The notes beneath the pieces were generated by a model. It was not told where the DNA came from. It did no database searches and worked only from the letters and a program-made list of their open reading frames with translations. From the NCBI GenBank assembly GCA_040326155.1, contig JBEQLE010000047.1:1-31899 (forward strand): DNA of 31,899 nt. Direction: 5' to 3'. The first letter of the stretch is position 1; each line of letters begins with the position of its first letter. Made by a program: the position numbers and the translations under genes. Below are positions 18,920 to 28,524 of this stretch, piece after piece. This stretch comes from Leptospirales bacterium. Lineage in GTDB: Bacteria; Spirochaetota; Leptospiria; Turneriellales; JAOUFE01.

Positions 18920-19447
18920 ATGTCAGAAACACAATCAGGTAACAACGCAACAAACGCAGGGACTACAGAGGCCGAAATAGTTCAAGAAACTATGAAAGGA
19001 CTCGATAATATAATTTCCAATACTGGAGAAAAGACGCAGGCTAATAGTCTGGTTCAGAAACAAATGCAAAGTTACAAAGTAAAAATTGTAACGCATATGC
19101 AAAATAAAGGCCAACTGGGCGGCGATGCCCATAAAGCTTCTAAATATATAGATACATGGTTGGCTAAAAATATTCGACCGATGACTTTGATATTTATTTT
19201 AGTTTTATATGCAATTTTCAGTTTTGGTAGTGGCATTAGCTCCGTACCTGATGCGAATGGCAATAAAGTTCCCTGGCTTGATGTTCCTGGAGAGTATGTG
19301 AAATTACTGGGAAACTGGGGAATGGTTATTATGTCATTTTATTTTGGCGGAAGAACCGTAGAAAAAAGTTATCGGCATTTTTCGGAAAAAAAATTGCAAG
19401 CTCAACAAAATATGAATAGTCCGGAAAATGAAAACGCGGACGGTTAA
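18920..19447 (+). CDS. 3TM holin-like protein (GTA_holin_3TM-like)
   Basis: The motifs DTWLAKNIRPMTL and VIMSFYFGGRTVEK are characteristic of this holin family. Good RBS. Confidence 0.75.
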   Translation: MSETQSGNNATNAGTTEAEIVQETMKGLDNIISNTGEKTQANSLVQKQMQSYKVKIVTHMQNKGQLGGDAHKASKYIDTWLAKNIRPMTLIFILVLYAIFSFGSGISSVPDANGNKVPWLDVPGEYVKLLGNWGMVIMSFYFGGRTVEKSYRHFSEKKLQAQQNMNSPENENADG

Positions 19448-19475
19448 AACCGATTATTTGTAAAAGGATATTATA

Positions 19476-20294
19476 ATGAAAATAGTAAATCATAAGTTAG
19501 ATGTAGCTAAATACCAGGCGTCGCCAAATAAAAGCGGAAAATTTGCACAAGGCAACCTGGATACTCTGATCATCCATTTTACCGCAGCAAGTTCGGCCTC
19601 AGTAGCGGTTAACTGGCTGCGCAACCCAAAGGCCAGAGCTTCGGCGCATGTTATAGTTGATGAAAAAGGCGCCATAACTCAGCTGGTAGATTTTGATACG
19701 GTTGCATGGCACGCAGGTGTATCTTCTTATGACGGACGAACGGGATTCAACAAATATTCAATCGGTATTGAGATCTCGAACCCTGGGAAATTAGAAAAAG
19801 TCGGGGAGAAATATAAAGCATGGTTTGGTACAAAATATTCTGCAGATGAAGCGCTTTTAGCACGCCATAGAAATTCTTTAAAAGAATCCTATTGGCATAC
19901 TTATACCGAAAAACAGATTGCTACCGTGCAAGAGTTATGTGCGACATTAATTGAGACGTATAATATAAAACATATTTTAGGGCATGAAGAAATTGCAAAA
20001 GGACGCAAATGGGATCCTGGTCCTGCCTTTCCTCTCGACAAAATGAGAGAATATGTTTTAACGGAAGATCGGTCCTTAGAAGGCTCAGATGCAAACCTTC
20101 CTTTACCGGAATTAGCGCTGGTGAATACAAAATCTTTGAACATTCGTTCCGGGCCCTCTGGTCAAAACCAAACCGTGGCGCCTCCTCTGGCTAGAGGAAC
20201 AAAAGTGGAAGTTTTAGGTCAGGCAAATAACTGGTACAAGGTTCGAACGAGCGTAGAAGGGTGGGTTTCTAAAAATTATTTAATCGATATTTAG
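19476..20294 (+). CDS. N-acetylmuramoyl-L-alanine amidase (Amidase_2) with C-terminal SH3b domain
   Basis: Zn-amidase motifs IIHFTA, SAHVIV, AWHAG, SIGIE and LGHEEI..RKWDPG. SH3b motif LNIRSGP...WYKV...GWVSKNYL. No signal peptide. Confidence 0.92.
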   Translation: MKIVNHKLDVAKYQASPNKSGKFAQGNLDTLIIHFTAASSASVAVNWLRNPKARASAHVIVDEKGAITQLVDFDTVAWHAGVSSYDGRTGFNKYSIGIEISNPGKLEKVGEKYKAWFGTKYSADEALLARHRNSLKESYWHTYTEKQIATVQELCATLIETYNIKHILGHEEIAKGRKWDPGPAFPLDKMREYVLTEDRSLEGSDANLPLPELALVNTKSLNIRSGPSGQNQTVAPPLARGTKVEVLGQANNWYKVRTSVEGWVSKNYLIDI

Positions 20295-20389
20295 ATTTCA
20301 CTAATTTAATTTCGATTACTTTTGGCGCTGAATAAGAATAGGCAAGCGATTCAAAATGGTTTTTTGAATGAAATCAATTCAACCGAAAT

Positions 20390-21760
20390 CTATATTACTA
20401 TCGTTTTTACCAGTTTCAAAAGTTCGTTCTTATTGTTTTTTTCAGGAGATATAATGACTATCTCCTGCAATTGTTGTAAAACAAAACCAACTGATTTCCC
20501 GGAAAACCCCAGAGCCATAATATCATTTCCTGAAATTGCTATATCTTTTATATAGATCGCTTCTTTTTTATGCACGAACCCACGAATGTATCGAATTGTT
20601 TTTAGAGCAAAATCATAGTAGATACTTTCACGTTCCTCTTCTTTTAACTTACTTATGATCACCTCTTTGCAAAAACGAAGGTGAAAGAACCAGTGGTCTT
20701 TTTCAATGTTTGCCAAGGCTTTTTTCAGCGTAACCGGATCTATATTCTTATCTATAGCCATTTCAAAAACCGGCAACAGTGGAGAGAAAACAAGGTCATG
20801 ACAAAGTTTCTCCACCACCTTTGGAAATCTGTTTTGTTCAAAGAAATGACGTATAAAAGTAAGAGCGGGTTTGTTTTTTTCAATTGTCAAACGAAGCGAA
20901 TTATGCAATTCAAAGTAAAAAAAGTGAGCCATGTAAACACCCATGACCCCCGGCATAGAATGACCGATGGCAAATAATAACTCATCCCAATTCGTTGGGT
21001 TGTTAATCAGGTTTTTAAACTCTTTAAAAAATAGATGGAAAATACCTGTTTTTTTTAAAGTGTTCCAGTAGATATCTTTGTCGCGCACACGAAGGGTTTT
21101 TCTCCATTCATCAAAAAATCTTTCTGGAGCTACTTTAGATACAATATCCAGTTTTTGAATCATAGCAGATTCAGTTTGCGTGTCAATTTGGAACCCCAGG
21201 TTTGCCATTAGCCGACAACCGCGAATAGGGCGCAGTCCATCCTCCTCGAAACGATCTAACGGATTACCTATAGTTCGAATTATCTTTTTTTGTAAATCGA
21301 TTATACCGCCTATATAATCGTGCAGTTTTTTATTGCGAACACTGTAGGCAAGACCGTTAATAGTAAAATCACGCCGATGAACGTCTTCGTCGAGCTTAAG
21401 CCCAAATTGTATATGTTCAGGCCTTCGTCCATCTATGTATTTACCTTCTTTGCGATATGTAGTAACTTCAATGGAAATATGGTGGTACAAAATAATGAGT
21501 GTACCAAATTTTTCACCTACAGGAATGACCTTTGGAAAGATTTTTTTTAAATCTTCAGGCAGTGCGTTTGTCGTATAATCAAGATCTGAAATTTTACGAT
21601 CTAAGAGTAAATCGCGAACAGAACCCCCTACCAGAAAACCCTCGAATCCGTTTTCGTGTAGAACCTCCTCAACGTACTTTGCTGCGTTTAACAGGTGTCT
21701 TGGTATTAGAACATTTAGATCTATATTTTGTACTATTTCAGTGGAGGGAAATATTTTCAT
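20390..21760 (-). CDS. CCA tRNA nucleotidyltransferase
   Basis: LVGGSVRDLLL, DLD, EVTTYR with flexible loop GKYIDGRRP, RRDFTIN and EDGLR. Confidence 0.9.
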   Translation of the reverse strand: MKIFPSTEIVQNIDLNVLIPRHLLNAAKYVEEVLHENGFEGFLVGGSVRDLLLDRKISDLDYTTNALPEDLKKIFPKVIPVGEKFGTLIILYHHISIEVTTYRKEGKYIDGRRPEHIQFGLKLDEDVHRRDFTINGLAYSVRNKKLHDYIGGIIDLQKKIIRTIGNPLDRFEEDGLRPIRGCRLMANLGFQIDTQTESAMIQKLDIVSKVAPERFFDEWRKTLRVRDKDIYWNTLKKTGIFHLFFKEFKNLINNPTNWDELLFAIGHSMPGVMGVYMAHFFYFELHNSLRLTIEKNKPALTFIRHFFEQNRFPKVVEKLCHDLVFSPLLPVFEMAIDKNIDPVTLKKALANIEKDHWFFHLRFCKEVIISKLKEEERESIYYDFALKTIRYIRGFVHKKEAIYIKDIAISGNDIMALGFSGKSVGFVLQQLQEIVIISPEKNNKNELLKLVKTIVI

Positions 21761-21767
21761 TTCGATG

Positions 21768-22580
21768 TTATACTTTTAAAAAGGGTAACAACCTGAGAAT
21801 TAAAAAAGCTGCTCCCAGGAATACTCCGAAAGGGGCTTTTATTTGTAAAAAACCAGTAGAGCTGCTTTGCACGTTCTTTGGACCTTCAGGGAGATCTGAC
21901 GATTCTTGTTTCCATCGAAATGCAAAATAAATGATTCCCATCAACGAAGCGATTAATGGTAAAAGTAGACCGCCGGGAAAAACAACAGGCACACAAAGGG
22001 CAAATACGTAATAAACATCCGATCTTCCCATTGAAGATGGTCTCAGTATGTGAAACAAGGCGAATATGGAAGTCCACACCAGGGCCATGGCAATGCTCAT
22101 CCAGGGATATGAGAAAAACCAATATTCGGCGAGCCCAATAAGTATGAAAATTGCTATCGGTTCATGGGGAATTAAAAAGAATTCAAAATCAATTTTTGCT
22201 ATAACTATTATTAAAAACATGTAGACTAAAGAAAAAACAAAATAAACCGGGGCGGGGTGAAAATAGTACAATACACAGCCATAAAGAAATGCTGAAATTT
22301 CTTGAACGGGGTAACGTTTTGGCAACGTTATTTTGCATTTTTTGCATTTTCCTTTTGATATGAAATAACCGGCTACAGGTATAACGCATAATGGCGATAT
22401 GACGGTTCCACAATGAGCACATACAGAGCGCGCTCGTAATACATATTTCCATTTTTTTGTAATTGTTTTTCGACTTTGACGATACCATGCGTTTAAAGCT
22501 CGTTCGGCAAAAGAGTCGGCGGCTGATATAATAGAACTAAAAAAGTAACCCGCAAAACAAAGAAGTATGACCTCGGACAT
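21768..22580 (-). CDS. prepilin peptidase (A24 family)
   Basis: RSVCAHC and GKCKKC Cys pairs, RYP, Asp motifs KIDFE and MGRSD, and C-terminal PFGVFL. Confidence 0.85.
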   Translation of the reverse strand: MSEVILLCFAGYFFSSIISAADSFAERALNAWYRQSRKTITKKWKYVLRARSVCAHCGTVISPLCVIPVAGYFISKGKCKKCKITLPKRYPVQEISAFLYGCVLYYFHPAPVYFVFSLVYMFLIIVIAKIDFEFFLIPHEPIAIFILIGLAEYWFFSYPWMSIAMALVWTSIFALFHILRPSSMGRSDVYYVFALCVPVVFPGGLLLPLIASLMGIIYFAFRWKQESSDLPEGPKNVQSSSTGFLQIKAPFGVFLGAAFLILRLLPFLKV

Positions 22581-24235
22581 TACACAGGCCTGGTCATTAA
22601 ATATTTTTCAAGATATTCTGAAATATCACGAATATTACGATCTATCATTTCTCGTAGCGCCTCGGGAATTTGCTGGTCTCGAATTACACGATAATAATTT
22701 AGAGCTCTCGTAATTTGTTTTTTACGAATAAATTTTTGCGCTTTTACAAGCATTGGTTTGTATTTATAATATGCATATTCCAAAATGTTATGATCTTTAG
22801 ATAGATAAAAACCATGAGGTATTTTTGTAAAATCATACGTAATAGTAATAAAAGGAGTATCTTCTTGTTCCGGTTCTCTCAATTCAAGAACGCCGCGAAT
22901 TTCTTGAATTTCGGGTGATTCTGGTTCGTCGGGTTCTTCTTCATCGGACTCTTCAGCATCGTCGAAGGAAGATAGTGCTGAACTTTGTTCTAATACCCCT
23001 TCCGATTTTTCAGGCTCTTCAGTTTCTTCCCCCGCTGTCTCTTCTGTTCCAGAAGGCGCAGCTGCGGACTCTTCGGCGGAATCTTTGGCGGAATCTTCTG
23101 AAATTTCATCGGGGCTTTCTGTCGTTCGCGGGGTTTCTGAGGCTATGGCTCCGCCGATGGCTCCCCCGGTAGCTCCGCCTATGGGGCGTCCGCCAAAAGT
23201 GGAATCGACTTCTTTTTCGTTTTTAGTCTCTTCGGTATTTTCGATATCTTCGGCTTCTTTTGTCTCTTTGCTATCTTTTTCCTCAATTGTTTCTTCCACT
23301 TTGTCGGCTTCGACATCCATTTTGTCAGCTTCGAACAGGGCCTTTTCAATATTAAAAATACCATCCGAAATATCTTCTAAAATACTGTTCGTCTTTCTCA
23401 TCATCGTTGCATCGGGCAGAGCTTTTGCAGTATCAAAAAAAGATGTTAAATCATTTTTCTCAGCTTTTTTTTCTATTTCCGCTTCTACTGCGTCTTGTTG
23501 CTGAAAAAAACCAAATGGCTTGGGAATAACATTCTCTTGTTGCTTTTGTTCATCACCGAAACCTGGCGGTGGTAAAAATGGGTATGAAAAAGGGTAGGGA
23601 AAACCTGCTGCCGGTGGTGCGCCTCCGCCTGGCCCTGCACCTGCGCCTGCGCCTGCGCCTGCGCCTGCGCCTGCGCCTGCGCCTCCGCCTCCGCCTGGTC
23701 CGGAAAGTGGAGGTCCGCCAATTTGAATTTGTATTGGTGTCGCCGGAGCCGATGAGGCCGATGCTGGAGCGCCTGGAGCACCGGGTTGTTGTGGTTGTTC
23801 GGGAGCACCGTTAAAAGGTGATCCAAAATTTACATCCAGAGATACTTTGGGCGTCGGGAGGTCTTCATGTGAGTCCAGAAAGTCTTCAATATCTCGTATA
23901 TTTTGTTCGATTTTTTCACGGGCTGAACGCAGCGGAATTTTATTTAAAAGCCTCTGGTATACATCGAGAGCCATTTGGTCTTCATGGTCAGATACAAAAT
24001 TTTCAGCGTTCAGCATCGCCCGAAAATGGTGACTATAGGGGCTGTTTCGGGGTATAATTTCATACGCACGGTGAGTGAGTTTGGCATGATCACCGGCGCC
24101 TTGCGAAAAGGCATTGCGAATAAAATTGCCTACACCGCTTTCGGCAGAGCCAGCTCGTTCCTTTTGCTGAGCGGACTGCCGCCTTTTGGGCGCCATTTTT
24201 GTTTGGTTACTTCTGGACCTTTTTAGTTTACTCAT
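22580..24235 (-). CDS. conserved spirochete-type hypothetical protein with long low-complexity linker
   Basis: 551 aa. Ordered N- and C-terminal helical regions flank Gly/Ala/Pro-rich and acidic stretches. TAATG coupling to the prepilin peptidase. Confidence 0.8.
   Translation of the reverse strand: MSKLKRSRSNQTKMAPKRRQSAQQKERAGSAESGVGNFIRNAFSQGAGDHAKLTHRAYEIIPRNSPYSHHFRAMLNAENFVSDHEDQMALDVYQRLLNKIPLRSAREKIEQNIRDIEDFLDSHEDLPTPKVSLDVNFGSPFNGAPEQPQQPGAPGAPASASSAPATPIQIQIGGPPLSGPGGGGGAGAGAGAGAGAGAGAGPGGGAPPAAGFPYPFSYPFLPPPGFGDEQKQQENVIPKPFGFFQQQDAVEAEIEKKAEKNDLTSFFDTAKALPDATMMRKTNSILEDISDGIFNIEKALFEADKMDVEADKVEETIEEKDSKETKEAEDIENTEETKNEKEVDSTFGGRPIGGATGGAIGGAIASETPRTTESPDEISEDSAKDSAEESAAAPSGTEETAGEETEEPEKSEGVLEQSSALSSFDDAEESDEEEPDEPESPEIQEIRGVLELREPEQEDTPFITITYDFTKIPHGFYLSKDHNILEYAYYKYKPMLVKAQKFIRKKQITRALNYYRVIRDQQIPEALREMIDRNIRDISEYLEKYLMTRPV
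23640..23681. repeat. (CCTGCG)x7 in-frame hexamer repeat encoding Gly-Ala
   Basis: Read directly. Flanked by the variant units CCTGCA and CCTCCG. Confidence 0.92.
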
Positions 24236-24321
24236 AGAATTACAGCGATCTAATGGTAGATCTCCACTTTTATTATCGCTATTCGTGAATAGTAAACTTG
24301 AGTTTTCGGGCTATTTTAGGC

Positions 24322-25116
24322 TTAAGAGTTCGATTTAAAATCAGCTTTTTCCATTTGGGCTTTTTCAAGAACTTCAGCTGAAACGTCCATTTTGCGCAAG
24401 GCCTTCAAGTATTTATCATAATAGGCTTCCATTTCAAGATGATTATTCAATTCTTTATGGGTTTTAGCCAGAAAATATAATAAAGGGGCGTGTTCATTAA
24501 ACTTAGCATATGCAGCAGAAAAATGAGTAAGCGCTTCTTTATAATTTTTCTTACCTATCAGGTAAATTTGACCCATAAGCATATGGACAGAAGCTGTTTC
24601 GGCTCCATTTTTCAGAGCTTTATCACAATATTCCAGAGCCTTCGTATAATTCTTTTTGTAAAAGTAGTAATTTGCGTATTCTTGCAGTGATAAAGGAAAA
24701 CCGGGGTCTTGTTCCAGGGCTTTGTCCAGCCATTCTCGCGCTTTTTCAAGATATTCAGGTTCAGGATGATCAGTGTTTTTTACTTCTTCGAATTTTTTAA
24801 TATAAGAGGCTCCAATATTATGAATGGCGTTTATATAGTCTGGTTTTAGAGCAAGAGATTTTTGAAAATATTCTATTGCCATGTCGTAATCTTTTTCATA
24901 ATGAAAATAATAATTACCATACTCTTTAAAGGCTACATGGTTGGACTCAATTTCAAGTACCTTATCGAGTTTTTCTCTGGCTTCTACATATTTTCCTTCT
25001 TTCCGTAGTGTTTCAGCCTGCTGAAGTAGTTCTTCAGGGTTGCCTTTACAATTCGTCAGAAAAAGAACGGACAACAAGATGGTGATAGTGAATACGAAGG
25101 GGTGATTGATTTTCAT
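24322..25116 (-). CDS. TPR-repeat lipoprotein
   Basis: Leader ending FLTNC (spirochete-style lipobox) and repeated TPR helices such as AIEYFQKSLALKPD. Confidence 0.85.
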   Translation of the reverse strand: MKINHPFVFTITILLSVLFLTNCKGNPEELLQQAETLRKEGKYVEAREKLDKVLEIESNHVAFKEYGNYYFHYEKDYDMAIEYFQKSLALKPDYINAIHNIGASYIKKFEEVKNTDHPEPEYLEKAREWLDKALEQDPGFPLSLQEYANYYFYKKNYTKALEYCDKALKNGAETASVHMLMGQIYLIGKKNYKEALTHFSAAYAKFNEHAPLLYFLAKTHKELNNHLEMEAYYDKYLKALRKMDVSAEVLEKAQMEKADFKSNS

Positions 25117-25169
25117 ACCACAAATTATATTTAATCAGTGATAAGTCAATAAAAAAAGAGTCTAATATT

Positions 25170-26099
25170 ATGAATCTATACGATCAAATGGGAACAAAAC
25201 CCGTAATACTTTCACCAATGGCGGGATATTCCGATATGCCCTATCGCAGTATTTGTCGAGATGAAGGATCGGCGGCCTCCATTACTGAATTTGTAAGCTC
25301 AGAGGCCATTATTCGCGATGTACAGCGTTCCTTTGAAATGTTGCGGTATGGTGAAACTGAACGGCCGATTATTTTTCAGATATTCGGGTACAATCCTGAA
25401 TCTATTTTAAACGCTGCAAAAAAAATTGAAAAGTATCGCCCCGATGGAATTGACTTGAACATGGGTTGTTCGGTTAAAAAAGTCGCCGGCAAAGGTGCCG
25501 GTTCGGGTCTGTTAAAAGAGCCTCAAAAAGTAAAAGCAATTATTCGCAGTCTGGTGAAAAACCTCTCTGTACCGGTCTCTGGAAAAATTCGACTTGGCTG
25601 GGACAAACAGTCTATGAACTATATCGAAATTGCCCGCATCCTCGAAGGGGAGGGAGCCTGGGCTGTTTATGTTCACGGCAGAACGAAAACCATGAATTAC
25701 AGCTCTCCGGCCATGTGGGACGAAATCGGTGAAATAAAAAATGCAGTTTCCATACCTGTTTTTGGTAACGGCGATGTTTCCTCCTTGGCCGAGGCGCACC
25801 AAAAAATGGAAACATATAAAGTAGACGGTATATTGATCGGGCGAGCCGCCATGGGGAACCCCTGGATATTCAGTGGCCGCGATATACGCGAACTTTCACT
25901 AGAACAAAGATTGCCACTCATCTTGCGCCATATGGATTATATCGTCGATTTTTACGGCGAAGACCACGGAATAACTCTGTTTCGCAAACACATCGTGAAA
26001 TATCTGAAATACCTCCCCGAGTCGGCTCAGTACAAAAACAAAATAATGAAAACCCGCCTGGCCGAAGAGGTGAAATTGATACTGACTGAAAAATTGTGA
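25170..26099 (+). CDS. dusB: tRNA dihydrouridine synthase (DusB-like)
   Basis: Motifs LSPMAGYSD, FQIFG, IDLNMGC, KIRLGW, VHGRT, GNGDV and GRAAMGNPW. Confidence 0.88.
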   Translation: MNLYDQMGTKPVILSPMAGYSDMPYRSICRDEGSAASITEFVSSEAIIRDVQRSFEMLRYGETERPIIFQIFGYNPESILNAAKKIEKYRPDGIDLNMGCSVKKVAGKGAGSGLLKEPQKVKAIIRSLVKNLSVPVSGKIRLGWDKQSMNYIEIARILEGEGAWAVYVHGRTKTMNYSSPAMWDEIGEIKNAVSIPVFGNGDVSSLAEAHQKMETYKVDGILIGRAAMGNPWIFSGRDIRELSLEQRLPLILRHMDYIVDFYGEDHGITLFRKHIVKYLKYLPESAQYKNKIMKTRLAEEVKLILTEKL

Positions 26100-26147
26100 G
26101 AAGCTGTTTTTTTACTGGTGGGGAATTTCCGAATAAAATTAGCTACG

Positions 26148-26280
26148 AAGGCCCAAAGCCAGGATCTTTAATCATGCATAATCCTGTAAATCCTGTCAAA
26201 TTGTCTTTTGTTGTGTATTTTAGTGTTTTAAGAGAGTTTAGACAGGATTAACAGGATTAACATGATTTGGAGATGTGGCG
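26148..26280. repeat. dispersed inverted-repeat element, copy 2
   Basis: Arms are AATCATGCATAATCCTGTAAATCCTGTC (26170-26197) and GACAGGATTAACAGGATTAACATGATT (26241-26267). Matches 7324-7459. Confidence 0.9.
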
Positions 26281-26473
26281 CGAATGCGGCAAACTGTGAT
26301 CTTACTTTCTTTTCCTTGAATTCCTGCCTTCCTTATAAAAATCTTCATTATCGAACCCCACATTCAAATAAAAGGGGAAGCGGAGAACCGCGCCGGAGGT
26401 GTGGGTTGAAGCGGGGGGAAAATGAAAGATCGGGGAGGTGGATTTACCGTTTTTCTCCGCCTGATCTGTTTTC

Positions 26474-27496
26474 TTAGTATTCTTCTTGAGAGCGACTTGT
26501 AATTAAGAACTCGTCTGGAATGTCTTGAATGTCGGCGCCAATTTGAACGGCGAGGTGGGAGCCCATTCTTCCGGGGCGGCATTTGTATTTGGGACGATCT
26601 CCGATTAGTAATGTAAAATCGTCGTTTATACGGCGGTCGAGTTTTATGGTTTCGCCTCGTTGCAGACTCATAAGTTCAGAAAAGCCGAGTGTTGCCTGTC
26701 CTACTTCTACGATGGCTTCTACTTCGACTTGTTCAAGACGACCCTGGATAATTTTTTTGTTAAATTCAGATTCACCGCGACGAATGGACGAGAACCAGTA
26801 CTGGGCAGAAAGTTTTTGAATAATGGGCTCAATTGTAATATAAGGAATACACAGGTTCATCATCCCTTCGCTTTCGCCAATTTTGGTTTCCAGGGTAATT
26901 AACATTACCATTTCATTGGGAGGTACAATCTGGGCAAACTGTGGATTCGTTTCTATTGTACCGAGTCGGGGACGAAGGTCAATTACGGTCGACCAGGCTT
27001 CACGCAGGTTCCCGAGAATATGAACGACAATGCCTTCAATTACAGAAAGTTCAATGTCGGTTAACTCTCGGTTAATTTTATAGTGTTCGCCAAGGCCACC
27101 GAACAGGCGGTCGATAATGGTAAACGTAATGGCAGGGTCTATTTCTAAAATGGCCGAACCTTTTAAAGGGTCCATGTTAATAAGGGCAAGTGTAGTAGGG
27201 TTGGGTATGGAACGAATAAACTCTTCGTAAGTAAGCTGATCCACCGAGGTTACATGAACTCCCACCATAGAACGAAGTTTCGCTGACAAAGCCGTTGTGG
27301 TTAAACGGGCAAAAGTCTCGTGCATCATCTGGACGGTACGAATCTGGTCTTTGGAGAATTTATCAGGGCGTTTAAAGTCGTATATTTTAACTTTTTTTTG
27401 CTCCGCCTGCTGCGAAAAATCATCCGCCTGGACCTCTCCGGTAGAGATCGCATTTAAAAGTTGATCGATTTCATCTTGTGAAAGTATATCCGTCAT
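26474..27496 (-). CDS. fliM: flagellar motor switch protein FliM
   Basis: ILSQDEIDQLL, YDFKRPDKFSKDQIR, VDQLTYEEF, ETNPQFAQI and a C-terminal SpoA domain. Confidence 0.97.
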   Translation of the reverse strand: MTDILSQDEIDQLLNAISTGEVQADDFSQQAEQKKVKIYDFKRPDKFSKDQIRTVQMMHETFARLTTTALSAKLRSMVGVHVTSVDQLTYEEFIRSIPNPTTLALINMDPLKGSAILEIDPAITFTIIDRLFGGLGEHYKINRELTDIELSVIEGIVVHILGNLREAWSTVIDLRPRLGTIETNPQFAQIVPPNEMVMLITLETKIGESEGMMNLCIPYITIEPIIQKLSAQYWFSSIRRGESEFNKKIIQGRLEQVEVEAIVEVGQATLGFSELMSLQRGETIKLDRRINDDFTLLIGDRPKYKCRPGRMGSHLAVQIGADIQDIPDEFLITSRSQEEY

Positions 27497-27506
27497 CGTA
27501 TCTTTC

Positions 27507-28517
27507 CTATTTTTCCAATTGCGATTCTATACCTGTAATCTGCCAAAGGTTATCTTTCGGCGTTAGATAGTAAGTATACAAAAAAATTCGCTCAAAGCCA
27601 TCAAATTCTCGCGTTGCTTTGACCGTAACCGAAGATTTTTTATACTCAACATTCTCAGAAATAATTTCAAACCGCTTAAGTCTGTGGTTTTGATCGCTTA
27701 TTAAAAACTCTTTAAAACGGTGTAAAACTACTCCTCGGCTTTGAGGCGGAGCCTGCATGTATTGTCGGGCAAATTCGGGATAATCGCGAATAACTTCATG
27801 AAGATCAACGTATTTAAAATAGTTTGGCCAGTCACGATTATACTCCGCTGACAAAGCAAGATACACCAGTTCTTTGGGGCTTACCGAAAGACGGGGCGAC
27901 TGGAAGGTGTCTCGCGTGGCGTTGACGGTTCTACCTACGTTGTAAGCATCCACGAAAAGGGGATAAACGTTTTGAGATGATATAAATAACTTTTTGTTTT
28001 GCTCCGGGTTGGGGTAAAAATACGCCGAAACCTTGTAACGACTTAGCCCTGAATAGTTATGTTCAAAAGAAACAAGCTCTGTTAGCTCCATATCGCGCAC
28101 AAGGGCCTCACCGGGTTGCAAAATCAACGCTCTTGAGTTATGGTTTGTAGCGGTGTAGTCTGAAAAATAGGTATTGGAGCGCTCTACACCATCTTTCTGG
28201 TAAGAACTTTCTTTCAAGGGAATACTTTGACCGCTATCATTACGTACAATAATAGTAAAATTGTAAAGAATATTTTTGTGAAGATACAACGTGATAGGAT
28301 GAATTCCCGTATTTTTCAATTTGCATGAAATTACAATACGTTCATCAGACATATACCTGCTGCGAACGGAGTGAATCGTCAGGACTAACCCCTGGCTTGC
28401 ATAATTTTCGGTTGAATTCCCACGCGGATCGAACTTACCACTTTCCTGCCCGTTTAAAAACGATGCAGATAGAATTAATCCGATTAGAAGAGTCCATAAA
28501 ACGCGTAAACGTGGCAT
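27507..28517 (-). CDS. exported hypothetical protein upstream of fliM
   Basis: Signal peptide from ATG 28517 (ORF open to 28541). Beta-rich N-terminal domain and NTF2-like-looking C-terminus (WQITGIE). Ends 10 nt before fliM. Confidence 0.75.
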   Translation of the reverse strand: MPRLRVLWTLLIGLILSASFLNGQESGKFDPRGNSTENYASQGLVLTIHSVRSRYMSDERIVISCKLKNTGIHPITLYLHKNILYNFTIIVRNDSGQSIPLKESSYQKDGVERSNTYFSDYTATNHNSRALILQPGEALVRDMELTELVSFEHNYSGLSRYKVSAYFYPNPEQNKKLFISSQNVYPLFVDAYNVGRTVNATRDTFQSPRLSVSPKELVYLALSAEYNRDWPNYFKYVDLHEVIRDYPEFARQYMQAPPQSRGVVLHRFKEFLISDQNHRLKRFEIISENVEYKKSSVTVKATREFDGFERIFLYTYYLTPKDNLWQITGIESQLEK

Positions 28518-28524
28518 TAATTCT

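Noticed and set aside
18637..20389. Prophage
   Set aside because: No integrase, att-like repeats, or structural or replication genes; both flanks are housekeeping genes.
20322..20555. 77-aa plus-strand ORF as a spanin or third lysis gene
   Set aside because: It is mostly antisense to the CCA gene 3' end, with a TTG start and no RBS or lipobox.
23485..23826. Alternate-frame ORFs with QAQAQA and LRLRLR runs
   Set aside because: These are by-products of the (CCTGCG)n repeat within the real 551-aa CDS.
26262..26582. Short ORFs between dus and fliM, or a tRNA
   Set aside because: The ORFs overlap the repeat element or fliM, and no cloverleaf or T-loop consensus was found.
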